From sequence record DRR723986_28554: DNA of 35,818 nucleotides; one strand, given 5' to 3'. Made by a program: the position numbers and the translations under genes. Below the pieces are notes generated by a model. The model was given only the letters and a program-made list of their open reading frames with translations, ran no database searches and had not been told where the DNA came from. Positions 7,911 to 17,464 of this stretch are shown piece by piece (the stretch's first letter is position 1; each line of letters opens with the position of its first letter).

Positions 7911-8861
7911 ATGATAGGAACAGTTTATAAATCTACAGGCAGTTGGTATACCGTTAAAACTAGAAACGGTAAATTCTATGAGTGCAGAATCAAAGGAAGG
8001 TTTAGATTACAGGGTATTAAAAGTACTAATCCTATTGCTGTTGGCGATATCGTAGAGTTTGAATTAGAGTCTAAAAACAATACAGAAACTGGAGTTATAA
8101 ATCGTATTGAAGAACGTAAAAATTATATCGTTAGAAAATCTGTAAACCTATCAAAACAAACTCACATTATTGCTTCAAATATCGATCAGGTGTTTTTGTT
8201 GATTACTATTGATAATCCGCCAACATTCACAAGTTTTATTGATCGTTTTTTAGTCACTGTAGAAGCTTATTCTATTAACACCGTTTTACTTTTTAATAAA
8301 ATAGATACTTATGATGATGAAACCCTTTTAGAAGTAAAGTATCTAGCGGGTTTATATAGAAAAATAGGTTATGAATGTATTGGTATTTCTGCCGCTACCG
8401 GTAAAAATATAGATAAAGTAAAAGCACTAATGATTGGTAAGGTAAGTATGTTTGCTGGTCATTCAGGAGTCGGTAAATCTACTTTAGTAAATGCTATTGA
8501 GCCGTCTTTAGATTTAAAGACTAAAGAAATTTCAGAGCAGCATATGCAAGGTCAGCATACCACAACTTTTGCCGAAATGTTTGATCTCAGTCTTGATGCT
8601 AAAATTATTGATACACCTGGTATAAAAGGATTTGGTGTAGTTGATATGGAACGTGAAGAAGTGGGTGATTATTTTCCTGAGTTTTTTGCGTTAAAACAAG
8701 ATTGTAAATTTAATAACTGTTTACATTTAAAAGAGCCTAAATGTGCTGTTAAGGAAGCGTTAGAAAATGACGAAGTTTCTTATTCTAGATATCGTAGTTA
8801 TCTTCAAATCTTAGAGGGAGAAGATGAGCATTACAGAACTGATAATTGGGAAACACAGTGA
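7911..8861 (+). CDS. rsgA: Ribosome small subunit-dependent GTPase A
   Basis: OB-fold N-terminus, circularly permuted GTPase motifs NKID, GHSGVGKST, DTPG, Zn motif CKFNNCLHLKEPKC. ATG 7911 preferred over TTG 7890. Confidence 0.96.
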   Translation: MIGTVYKSTGSWYTVKTRNGKFYECRIKGRFRLQGIKSTNPIAVGDIVEFELESKNNTETGVINRIEERKNYIVRKSVNLSKQTHIIASNIDQVFLLITIDNPPTFTSFIDRFLVTVEAYSINTVLLFNKIDTYDDETLLEVKYLAGLYRKIGYECIGISAATGKNIDKVKALMIGKVSMFAGHSGVGKSTLVNAIEPSLDLKTKEISEQHMQGQHTTTFAEMFDLSLDAKIIDTPGIKGFGVVDMEREEVGDYFPEFFALKQDCKFNNCLHLKEPKCAVKEALENDEVSYSRYRSYLQILEGEDEHYRTDNWETQ

Positions 8862-9310
8862 GAGTAGTAGTTCAAAGAGTTTCGGAAGCATCAGTGACCA
8901 TCCATAACAAAAATGTGGCTTCAATTAATACTGGATTATTAATTTTATTAGGTATTATAGATGATGATGACCAGGAAGATATCGACTGGTTATGCAATAA
9001 AATGGTTAATCTTCGCATTTTTCCAGATAAAAACGGAGTTATGAATAAGTCTATATTAGATGCAGGAGGTGACGTTATTGTGGTCAGTCAGTTTACATTA
9101 CATGCTAGCACTAAAAAAGGCAATAGACCAAGTTATATAAAAGCGGCAAAACCAGATGTTGCCATTCCATTATATGAGTTGTTTGTGCAAAAACTAACCA
9201 AGCAGTTGAATAAACCAGTTCAGACTGGTGAGTTTGGTGCAGATATGAAGGTAGCATTAATTAATGATGGACCTGTAACTATAATTATTGATTCTAAAAA
9301 TAGAGAGTAA
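8858..9310 (+). CDS. dtd: D-aminoacyl-tRNA deacylase
   Basis: MRVVVQRV, SQFTL and NDGPVT signatures; GTG 8858 overlaps the rsgA stop (GTGA). Confidence 0.96.
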   Translation: MRVVVQRVSEASVTIHNKNVASINTGLLILLGIIDDDDQEDIDWLCNKMVNLRIFPDKNGVMNKSILDAGGDVIVVSQFTLHASTKKGNRPSYIKAAKPDVAIPLYELFVQKLTKQLNKPVQTGEFGADMKVALINDGPVTIIIDSKNRE

Positions 9311-9312
9311 TC

Positions 9313-9639
9313 ATGAATATAAAAAACGCTCAAAAAGAAGTAGACGATTGGATTAAAGAACATGGAGTACGTTACTTTAATGAACTTACAAATATGGCTC
9401 AACTAACTGAAGAAGTTGGTGAAGTAGCACGTATTATAGCGAGACGTTATGGCGAGCAAAGTGAAAAAGAGAGTGATAAAGACAAAGATTTGGGTGAAGA
9501 ACTTGCTGACGTTATGTTTGTAGTACTATGCCTGGCAAACCAAACAGGTATAGATTTACAAGAAGCGTTTGATAAAAAAATGCATAAAAAAGCAAAACGA
9601 GATCATGATAGGCATCATAATAACGATAAATTAAAGTAG
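9313..9639 (+). CDS. MazG-like nucleotide pyrophosphohydrolase
   Basis: LTEEVGEVAR and LGEELADV ExxE motifs. Confidence 0.9.
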   Translation: MNIKNAQKEVDDWIKEHGVRYFNELTNMAQLTEEVGEVARIIARRYGEQSEKESDKDKDLGEELADVMFVVLCLANQTGIDLQEAFDKKMHKKAKRDHDRHHNNDKLK

Positions 9640-9644
9640 TTTTG

Positions 9645-9670
9645 TTCCCGCTTAGGCGGGAATCTTTTTT
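9645..9670 (+). terminator. GC-rich hairpin plus U-tract immediately before aroA (terminator-like or REP-like)
   Basis: TTCCCGC-TTAG-GCGGGAA followed by TCTTTTTT, ending 2 nt before ATG 9673. Confidence 0.55.
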
Positions 9671-9672
9671 AT

Positions 9673-10902
9673 ATGGATATTAAAATTCTTAAATCTTCGA
9701 TTGATAATTATCAATCACCAATTGCAATTACAGGCTCAAAAAGTGAGTCTAATAGATTATTACTCTTACAGGCACTATATCCTCAAAGTAGTATAGATAA
9801 TTTGTCGAATTCAGACGATTCTGTACTAATGCAAAAAGCTATTACTTCAGATAGTTCAGTCATTGATATACATCATGCAGGTACAGCAATGCGATTTTTA
9901 ACAGCTTATTTTTCTATTCAAACCGATAGAGAAGTTACCATCACAGGCTCTGATCGTATGAAAGAAAGACCAATAAAAATCCTGGTCGATGCATTAACAC
10001 ATTTAGGCGCAGAAATAACCTATTTAGAAAATGAAGGCTTTCCACCTTTAAAAATTAAAGGCAAAACAATAACTAAAAATAAAGTGTCTTTAAAGGCTAA
10101 CGTTAGTAGCCAATATATATCTGCTTTATTACTTATTGCACCAAAGTTAAAAGATGGACTGATTTTAAAATTAGACGGAAAAATTACGTCGGTGCCGTAT
10201 ATAAAAATGACTTTAAGTTTATTAAACCAAATTGGTGTTAAAACGAGTTTTAAGGATAATACTATTGAGGTGAAACCAATGGATAAAGAGATTGAACCTC
10301 AATCGCTAGTGGTTGAGTCCGATTGGTCATCAGCATCATATTTTTATAGCCTTTTAGCTCTTAGTAAAGTTAATACGGAATTAACAATATCATCTTACAA
10401 GAAAGATTCATTACAAGGTGATTCTGTTTTGGCTAGTATTTATGAAAACTTTGGTGTTAATACCGTATTCCATGAGCACTCAATTACACTAAGAAAAACG
10501 TCTAACGTCGATAAGAATATTAAAATAAACTTAGATCTCAGTAATGCGCCAGATATAGCTCAAACTATCGCTGTGACATCTTTTGGATTAGGATTGGAGT
10601 GTAATCTTGAAGGATTACATACCTTAAAAATCAAAGAAACCGATAGGCTGGTAGCGTTAAAGGTAGAATTAGAAAAGCTTGGTGCTGAGGTAGATATTAC
10701 CAATGATTCATTGATGCTTAAACAAGCAAATGCTATCCGCTCAGATGTATCTATTGCTACGTACAATGACCATAGAATGGCAATGGCATTTGCGCCTCTT
10801 GGATTAAAAACGACATTGAATATTAAAAATGCGGATGTAGTCAGTAAATCGTATCCTCAATTTTGGGAAGATTTAAAGACAATTGGCTTCAATTTAAAAT
10901 AA
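9673..10902 (+). CDS. aroA: 3-phosphoshikimate 1-carboxyvinyltransferase (EPSP synthase)
   Basis: GSKSESNR, AGTAMRFL, SSQYISALL, KETDR, DHRMAMAF, KSYP. Confidence 0.96.
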   Translation: MDIKILKSSIDNYQSPIAITGSKSESNRLLLLQALYPQSSIDNLSNSDDSVLMQKAITSDSSVIDIHHAGTAMRFLTAYFSIQTDREVTITGSDRMKERPIKILVDALTHLGAEITYLENEGFPPLKIKGKTITKNKVSLKANVSSQYISALLLIAPKLKDGLILKLDGKITSVPYIKMTLSLLNQIGVKTSFKDNTIEVKPMDKEIEPQSLVVESDWSSASYFYSLLALSKVNTELTISSYKKDSLQGDSVLASIYENFGVNTVFHEHSITLRKTSNVDKNIKINLDLSNAPDIAQTIAVTSFGLGLECNLEGLHTLKIKETDRLVALKVELEKLGAEVDITNDSLMLKQANAIRSDVSIATYNDHRMAMAFAPLGLKTTLNIKNADVVSKSYPQFWEDLKTIGFNLK

Positions 10903-10914
10903 AGCTTCAATTAC

Positions 10915-10946
10915 TTGACAAGGCCTATGTTGAGATTGTATATTTG
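10915..10946 (+). promoter_or_regulatory. queA promoter (TTG -33 and TATATTTG -7)
   Basis: TTG at 10915-17, 21-nt spacer, TATATTTG at 10939-46. Confidence 0.65.
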
Positions 10947-10972
10947 CAACTTCTAAAAAACAAGACTATAGA

Positions 10973-12022
10973 ATGAAATTATCACACTTCAATTTTGAAC
11001 TTCCAGAAGAATTATTAGCTGAGCATCCTGCAGAACACAGAGATGAGGCAAGATTAATGGTATTGAACAGAGAAAAGCAAACTATTGAGCACAAACTCTT
11101 TAAAGATATCATTGATTATTTTGATGAAGGTGACGTGATGATATTAAATAACACTAAAGTTTTTCCTGCACGTCTTTATGGAAACAAAGAAAAAACAGGA
11201 GCTCGTATTGAAGTCTTTTTATTAAGAGAATTAAACCAAGATCAGCGCCTTTGGGATGTATTAGTAGATCCGGCAAGAAAGATTAGAATTGGTAATAAAT
11301 TATATTTTGGTGAAGACGAAACTCTAGTTGCCGAAGTTATAGACAATACAACATCTAGAGGGCGCACATTACGATTCTTATATGATGGCTCTTATACAGA
11401 TTTTAGAAGAAAACTTACGGAACTTGGTGAGACTCCACTTCCAAAGTACATAAAAAGAGATGTTGAGCCAGAAGATGAAGAGCGCTATCAAACAATTTTT
11501 GCAAAGAATGAAGGTGCAGTTGCTGCTCCTACAGCAGGTCTACATTTTTCTAAACACCTATTAAAACGATTAGAGATCAAAGGTGTAGAAATGGCAGAAG
11601 TAACATTGCATGTTGGTTTAGGTACTTTTAATCCTGTTGAGGTTGAAGATTTATCGAAGCACAAAATGGATAGTGAGGAAATAATTATTACTGAAAAAGC
11701 AGCGGATACGGTTAATAAAGGAATTGAAAATAAAAGAAGGGTCTGTGCAGTTGGTACCACGTCTATGCGTACAATTGAAAGTTCGGTGTCATCAAGTGGA
11801 AGACTAAATCCATATGATGGCTGGACCAATAAATTCATATTTCCTCCATACGAATTCAGTATAGCTAATTGTATGATTACAAACTTTCATACACCAAAAT
11901 CTACACTACTAATGATGGTTTCAGCTTTTGCAGGTCACGATTTTATGAAAAAGGCTTATGAAGAAGCTGTTAAAGAGAAGTATAAGTTCTACTCTTACGG
12001 AGATGCTATGCTAATTATTTAA
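10973..12022 (+). CDS. queA: S-adenosylmethionine:tRNA ribosyltransferase-isomerase
   Basis: [55 protein letters not shown]. Confidence 0.97.
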   Translation: MKLSHFNFELPEELLAEHPAEHRDEARLMVLNREKQTIEHKLFKDIIDYFDEGDVMILNNTKVFPARLYGNKEKTGARIEVFLLRELNQDQRLWDVLVDPARKIRIGNKLYFGEDETLVAEVIDNTTSRGRTLRFLYDGSYTDFRRKLTELGETPLPKYIKRDVEPEDEERYQTIFAKNEGAVAAPTAGLHFSKHLLKRLEIKGVEMAEVTLHVGLGTFNPVEVEDLSKHKMDSEEIIITEKAADTVNKGIENKRRVCAVGTTSMRTIESSVSSSGRLNPYDGWTNKFIFPPYEFSIANCMITNFHTPKSTLLMMVSAFAGHDFMKKAYEEAVKEKYKFYSYGDAMLII

Positions 12023-12044
12023 AATGAGATTTTAATTAATATAT

Positions 12045-12069
12045 AAGCCTCTTTATTGAGGCTTTTTTT
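12045..12069 (+). terminator. Intrinsic terminator after queA
   Basis: AAGCCTC-TTTATT-GAGGCTT plus T-run. Confidence 0.8.
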
Positions 12070-12096
12070 ATATCGCAAACGGAACAATCATTTAGT

Positions 12097-12104
12097 TAAC
12101 TTTG
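12097..12104 (+). promoter_or_regulatory. -7 element (TAACTTTG) for rlmN
   Basis: Exact TAnnTTTG match only 6 nt before ATG 12111. Confidence 0.55.
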
Positions 12105-12110
12105 CAACAC

Positions 12111-13151
12111 ATGGATATTAAGAAGAAAGACATACGCGCCTTAACCAAAGAACAGTTAAGAGAGTTCTTTGAAAAACAAGGTGACAAAGCGTTTAGAGGT
12201 AATCAGGTCTACGAATGGTTATGGCAAAAATCGGCACATAGTTTTGAGGATATGACAAATATCTCTTTAGCTACAAGAGAGATGTTGCAAAATAATTTTG
12301 TTATTAATCACATAAGGGTAGATCAGATGCAGCGCAGTTCTGATGGTACCATAAAAAATGCAGTACGTCTACATGATGATTTAATTGTTGAATCGGTACT
12401 AATTCCAACAGCAACGCGCACAACAGCATGTGTATCATCACAAGTGGGTTGTAGCTTAGATTGTAAATTTTGTGCCACCGCAAGATTAAAACGAATGCGA
12501 AATTTAAATCCAGATGAAATTTATGATCAGGTTGTAGCTATTGATAATGAGAGTAGATTGTACCATAACAGACCTTTAAGCAATATTGTTTTTATGGGCA
12601 TGGGCGAACCACTTATGAATTATAATAATGTGCTTAAGGCAATTGATAAAATTATATCTCCGGAAGGACTTGGAATGTCACCTAAACGCATAGTAGTTTC
12701 TACATCTGGAGTCCCAAAAATGATTAAAAAAATGGCTGATGATGAAGTAAAGTTTAAGTTAGCTGTGTCTTTACATTCAGCTATAGATGAAGTAAGAACT
12801 TCAATTATGCCATTTAATGCTACTTTTCCTCTGGATGATTTACGTGAAGCTTTACAGTACTGGTACGCAAAAACTAAAAATAGAATTACTTACGAATATG
12901 TAGTTTGGGATAGTATTAATGATAAACGAAAAGATGTAGATGCTTTAGTTGAATTTTGCAAATTCGCACCAAGCAAGGTTAATCTTATAGAGTACAACCC
13001 AATTGACGATGGTGATTTTCAACAGGCAAATTCAAAGGCTATAGATATGTACGTCAATGTACTTGAAGCCAATAATATTACTGTCACTGTAAGACGCAGT
13101 AGAGGTAAGGATATTGATGCAGCTTGTGGGCAGTTGGCTAATAAGAGTTAA
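12111..13151 (+). CDS. rlmN: 23S rRNA (adenine-2503-C2)-methyltransferase, radical SAM
   Basis: CVSSQVGCSLDCKFC (CxxxCxxC), FMGMGEP, SLH, DIDAACGQL. ATG 12111 preferred over TTG 12102. Confidence 0.96.
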   Translation: MDIKKKDIRALTKEQLREFFEKQGDKAFRGNQVYEWLWQKSAHSFEDMTNISLATREMLQNNFVINHIRVDQMQRSSDGTIKNAVRLHDDLIVESVLIPTATRTTACVSSQVGCSLDCKFCATARLKRMRNLNPDEIYDQVVAIDNESRLYHNRPLSNIVFMGMGEPLMNYNNVLKAIDKIISPEGLGMSPKRIVVSTSGVPKMIKKMADDEVKFKLAVSLHSAIDEVRTSIMPFNATFPLDDLREALQYWYAKTKNRITYEYVVWDSINDKRKDVDALVEFCKFAPSKVNLIEYNPIDDGDFQQANSKAIDMYVNVLEANNITVTVRRSRGKDIDAACGQLANKS

Positions 13152-13154
13152 AAC

Positions 13155-13181
13155 AAAAAAAGCGGCTACTAGCCGCTTTTT
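13155..13181. terminator. Bidirectional intrinsic terminator
   Basis: AAAAAAAGCGGCT-ACT-AGCCGCTTTTT between convergent rlmN and the T9SS cargo gene. Confidence 0.85.
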
Positions 13182-13202
13182 ATATTAAATTATCAAACTA
13201 TT

Positions 13203-14870
13203 TTAATTCTTTACGAATTTAATAGTCTTAAAATTACCACCAATAAATACTTTAGCTAAGTAAACACCATCATTTAATGAAGAAACGTTAATTGATTCTG
13301 AAGTGTTAGATAACGGTCGAGAAATAACTTTTTGTCCTAAAATAGAATAAACTTCAATATTAGTCATAACTAAATTAGAAGATTCTATATTAAGTGTTTC
13401 AGAAATTTTATCATAATTATGAGTGAACGTATTTTGTTCAAAATCATCAATACTTAATGTTTCTGTTACTTCAATAGTAAGGAAAAAGAATACATCACTT
13501 CCTGCAGCTGGTGTGTTAGCATGAATAGCAACATGGAAGTCCCCATCAGCTGTAGCGTTATAAGTTGCAGTGCTAGTGTAAGCTTGAGTTATTAAATCAT
13601 TTCCTCCTGTATCACCAAAAACTCCTGCTTGAGTAATACTGTTGTAAGAACCAATAACTGATTGTGTTGTAGCAGTAGAAGAAGGTGTATCTGTAATAAC
13701 TAAATCAAAAGACTCGTTTGCAGTGGCTTGAAAATCCACGGCGTTATAAGTAACTGTAACGGTATATTCACCACCCATAGTTCCACTAATTGGTGGAGTA
13801 AATAGCCAATCATCTTTAGCTACATTAGCAGCTTGAGGAAAAATATTTACAAAATTATCTTCTGTACCGTCACCATCTAAATCATTAACATCGTTAAATA
13901 ACCATGACAATCCATCGATATTAGTATCTTCTGCAGTATAGCATGAAGCATACGCATTTAAATTACTCCAGTCTTCAGAAAAAGGAAGACCGTAAGATGA
14001 ACAATCAAAAGTAGTTAAGAAATTTATAGGACCGATTTGGGCACTATCGCCATTTCCACCTGTACAATTTGCTGTAATATAAAACTGATAACTCGTGTCA
14101 GGCATTAATCCTGTAAATTCATAACTAGTAGTGGTAATATCATTTACCATAGTACCAGTACCTAATAAGAATCCTTCTGTGCCCCATTCTATGTCAAAAA
14201 CAGTTCCACCTCCGTTGCTATCTGTCCATGCGACATCAAAAGTTGTGTTCGTAATTCCGTTTGGACCTAAAATAAAAGCAGACGGATCAATACAGGTAGG
14301 AGCAGATACTTCTACGTTGTCTAATGCCCAACCCCAAGAATAGTCGCCAACCCATCTAAAACGAACCTGAGCATTAGAAATACCAGCTACTTCAGCAGAA
14401 ACATCTATTGATTCTAATCCAAAAGATGAAGCAGCTTGGTCAGCTCCAGAATAAGAAGCAACTTGCACCCAAGTGGTTCCATCAAAAACTTCAACAAAAC
14501 CTTGTCCGCCATAACCAGCGGTAAAGAAATGATTGAAAGATAAAATAACATTTGTAGCACCAGAAACATCAAAGGCAGGACTTTCTAGTGCTGCTTCTTC
14601 TGCATTTCCGTCATTACCAATCCCATCACTATCAAATAAAGCATAGTTGCCAAATAATAAACCATCATCGTAATAAATTGTATTAGGTGAATTATAACCA
14701 ACAGCTTCACCACCAGATGCAAATGCCCAAACCCCACCTCCAGGTGCAATTTCGTTGTTGGTCCAACCGGCAGGTAGGCTAAGCCCGCCTTCAAAATCCT
14801 CTGATAAGACTTGTCCAAACATTAGGCTAGAGGAAAAGACCAATGTGATTAGTAAAGTAATTTTTTTCAT
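13203..14870 (-). CDS. T9SS-secreted adhesin-like protein (cleaved-adhesin/MAM-like, FN3, choice-of-anchor-J-like, type A CTD)
   Basis: Signal peptide; SEDFE..LPAGW, VRFRW..WALDNV; FN3 GLMPDTSYQFYITANC; DDWLFTP; CTD-like VYSILGQKV, LNDGVYL, KTIKFVKN. Confidence 0.85.
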   Translation of the reverse strand: MKKITLLITLVFSSSLMFGQVLSEDFEGGLSLPAGWTNNEIAPGGGVWAFASGGEAVGYNSPNTIYYDDGLLFGNYALFDSDGIGNDGNAEEAALESPAFDVSGATNVILSFNHFFTAGYGGQGFVEVFDGTTWVQVASYSGADQAASSFGLESIDVSAEVAGISNAQVRFRWVGDYSWGWALDNVEVSAPTCIDPSAFILGPNGITNTTFDVAWTDSNGGGTVFDIEWGTEGFLLGTGTMVNDITTTSYEFTGLMPDTSYQFYITANCTGGNGDSAQIGPINFLTTFDCSSYGLPFSEDWSNLNAYASCYTAEDTNIDGLSWLFNDVNDLDGDGTEDNFVNIFPQAANVAKDDWLFTPPISGTMGGEYTVTVTYNAVDFQATANESFDLVITDTPSSTATTQSVIGSYNSITQAGVFGDTGGNDLITQAYTSTATYNATADGDFHVAIHANTPAAGSDVFFFLTIEVTETLSIDDFEQNTFTHNYDKISETLNIESSNLVMTNIEVYSILGQKVISRPLSNTSESINVSSLNDGVYLAKVFIGGNFKTIKFVKN

Positions 14871-14975
14871 AAAAAATGTTTTTAGATTAATTGCCTAAAG
14901 TTACAAATAATTGTCTTTTGACAATGTTACATCTCTATAATTCAAATTTTAAGAATATATACCTAGTATAATTCG

Positions 14976-14983
14976 TAATTTTG
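14976..14983 (+). promoter_or_regulatory. -7 element (TAATTTTG) for the polyprenyl synthase gene
   Basis: Exact TAnnTTTG match 18 nt before ATG 15002. Confidence 0.55.
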
Positions 14984-15001
14984 CAATGCTTTATGTTTTA
15001 A

Positions 15002-15979
15002 ATGAAAATAACGGAACAAATAAAACAACCTATTGCTTATGAGATGGAACTTTTTGAACAAAAGTTTCAACTCTCAATGGCTAGTAAGGTGGCACTTCTC
15101 AACAGAATAACGCATTATATTGTTAACCGAAAAGGCAAACAAATGCGACCAATGTTTGTGTTTCTTGTGGCTAAAATGATGAATAATGGTGAGGTGAGTG
15201 AACGAACTTACAGAGGTGCTTCGGTAATAGAGTTAATACATACAGCAACTTTGGTGCATGATGATGTGGTAGATGACAGTAACAGACGACGTGGCTTCTT
15301 TTCTATAAACGCACTTTGGAAAAATAAAATAGCAGTGCTTATTGGTGATTACTTACTATCTAAAGGTTTGTTACTTTCAATTGATAATAATGATTTTGAT
15401 TTGTTGAAGATTATTTCTGTTGCAGTACGCGAAATGAGTGAGGGAGAATTGCTTCAAATTGAAAAGGCTAGACAACTCGACATTACTGAGGATATTTATT
15501 ATGATATTATTCGTCAAAAAACAGCAACCTTAATTGCTGCATGCTGCAGTCTAGGTGCTGCTTCTGTAAAACCAAATTCGCCAGAAGTTGAGACTATGAG
15601 AAAGTTTGGGGAACTTATCGGTATGGCATTTCAAATAAAAGATGATTTGTTTGATTATGGTGAAGAAGCTATTGGTAAGCCTACAGGTATAGATATTAAA
15701 GAACAAAAAATGACACTTCCTTTAATTTATGTGCTTAATAATTGTTCTAAAAAAGAAAAATCTTGGTTAATTAATTCAGTTAAAAATTACAATAAAGATA
15801 AAAAACGCGTTAAAGAAGTCATCGACTTTGTAAAATCTCATGGTGGATTAGATTATGCAGTCTCTAAGATTAAATCCTTTCAAGAAGAAGCTCTTAACTT
15901 ATTAAAGCATTACCCTGAATCTCCATATAAATCTTCGTTAATACTTATGGTGGATTATGTAATTGAGCGCAAAAAGTAA
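15002..15979 (+). CDS. Long-chain polyprenyl diphosphate synthase (IspB-like, menaquinone side chain)
   Basis: GKQMRP, first Asp-rich motif LVHDDVVD..RRG, KTA, FQIKDDLFD, GKPTGID. Confidence 0.93.
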   Translation: MKITEQIKQPIAYEMELFEQKFQLSMASKVALLNRITHYIVNRKGKQMRPMFVFLVAKMMNNGEVSERTYRGASVIELIHTATLVHDDVVDDSNRRRGFFSINALWKNKIAVLIGDYLLSKGLLLSIDNNDFDLLKIISVAVREMSEGELLQIEKARQLDITEDIYYDIIRQKTATLIAACCSLGAASVKPNSPEVETMRKFGELIGMAFQIKDDLFDYGEEAIGKPTGIDIKEQKMTLPLIYVLNNCSKKEKSWLINSVKNYNKDKKRVKEVIDFVKSHGGLDYAVSKIKSFQEEALNLLKHYPESPYKSSLILMVDYVIERKK

Positions 15980-15982
15980 GAT

Positions 15983-17248
15983 TTACAAATCTAAATTTAG
16001 ATTTAAAATGGCCTCATCGTCTGGTAAATAACTATAACAACGCCAAAATGATGTGCCTTGACCGTTATACTTCCAAACAACATCATTATTTGGTGTTACT
16101 TCCCAAAACCCAAAATCACCTTCTGCAATTAATGTGTTTCCATTTTGTAAGCGAACTGCTCCAGAAATTCGACCAAACCATAAGTTGGGATCTGTAAAAT
16201 TCCAAACTATATTTGGTTCATTATTTGTACTTGGTAGTAATGAAAAGTTCTCAGGAATATTTAGCTCCATAATGTTAGATTGATTAGTACCGTTGACATA
16301 GACCAACATGTTTCCTGCACCTGGTTCATTGCCCTCTAAGAGGTTTGGAAAATGATTATTGTAAAACAAACGTTGACCTTGAGTATTATCGTAAGCCTCA
16401 GGATTGCCAAATCTGTAGAGTAAATCTCCACCTTTATTGTAGTTTCCACCAGAATTTGAGGCTGCTTCATCGGTAGTAGTGCTGTGGTCAATTACCCAAA
16501 TTTCATGATAATAATTTACACTAAGATATATGATGTCTTTTGCTTCATCATAGTCAATACCATTGGCATGCATAATATCACCATTGTCAACAACATCATA
16601 ATTGATATCTATTAATTGAGGATTTTCACTTACGCTCCCGAAGTTAGGTAGTGTAGAGTTATAATTCTGTATAATATGATCAAAACTATGCCATTCCCAA
16701 ACAATCTGATTGTTATTAGGGTTAACTTCTACTAAAACTTCTGGAAAAATGTCTGTAGTTTCTGTATTGACACCCGCTTGTGCAGCTTCGCTACTTGTAA
16801 TTCTCTCCCAAGCTATAAATAATACATTACCATTAGGTAACATCTCTACATCATGATGTGCTATGATATTCTCACTTACAAAGTTGTATTGCCATTCTGT
16901 ATTACCATCAGAATCAAGTATTTTAATAACACCACCGAATCCACCAAAAGAGATATCAGGGTTTTCAGCTTTAAATATCCCTAATAATTTACCGTTTGGA
17001 AGTATTTCTAAATCATTACCAAGGTTGTCCTCAAACGTCCATTCATGGACTTTAAAACCTTCTTTATTTAGTAAATATGAAGTTATACTCCCATTTTCAA
17101 CAGCTAAAACATAACCATCTTCTAGTTGATTACCTTCGTAAATTTCAACATTTTCAGATAAAACCAATGGATCGTCGTTAGGTTTGTCATCATCAGAACA
17201 ACTAAAAAAGATTATAGTAATTAAGTAAAGTAGTAATAAATTTTTCAT
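15983..17248 (-). CDS. Aryl-sulfate sulfotransferase (ASST)-like beta-propeller lipoprotein
   Basis: Lipobox FFSC; AHHD, LPNGN repeats, VWEW, DIMHANGIDY, LLYRFGNP, RLQNGNTLI. Confidence 0.8.
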   Translation of the reverse strand: MKNLLLLYLITIIFFSCSDDDKPNDDPLVLSENVEIYEGNQLEDGYVLAVENGSITSYLLNKEGFKVHEWTFEDNLGNDLEILPNGKLLGIFKAENPDISFGGFGGVIKILDSDGNTEWQYNFVSENIIAHHDVEMLPNGNVLFIAWERITSSEAAQAGVNTETTDIFPEVLVEVNPNNNQIVWEWHSFDHIIQNYNSTLPNFGSVSENPQLIDINYDVVDNGDIMHANGIDYDEAKDIIYLSVNYYHEIWVIDHSTTTDEAASNSGGNYNKGGDLLYRFGNPEAYDNTQGQRLFYNNHFPNLLEGNEPGAGNMLVYVNGTNQSNIMELNIPENFSLLPSTNNEPNIVWNFTDPNLWFGRISGAVRLQNGNTLIAEGDFGFWEVTPNNDVVWKYNGQGTSFWRCYSYLPDDEAILNLNLDL

Positions 17249-17404
17249 TGCAATTTTCTTGTAAATTTATAAGTATTAATAATAAGTGCAAACTATACTA
17301 GTGATAATTATATAAATTTCTAATTCATAGTTACTTTTTTTATTTTAAAAATATATCTGAATATCAGTATCTTATAACTTATTTTAAATATTTTTTACTT
17401 TTCA

Positions 17405-17432
17405 GACAACCATTAGTACAACAATTGCGTCT
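17405..17432 (+). promoter_or_regulatory. Putative ECF sigma-dependent (autoregulatory) promoter AAC-N17-CGTC
   Basis: GACAAC-CATTAGTACAACAATTG-CGTCT, about 33 nt upstream of the ECF gene; matches the generic ECF -35 AAC and -10 CGT spacing. Confidence 0.6.
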
Positions 17433-17464
17433 TTATAAATAGAAGTGCAATCGTAATCAACAAC

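Noticed and set aside
9313-9639. MazG-like gene as an anti-phage or abortive-infection component
   Set aside because: It sits in a housekeeping rsgA-dtd-mazG-aroA context with no defence or mobile genes nearby.
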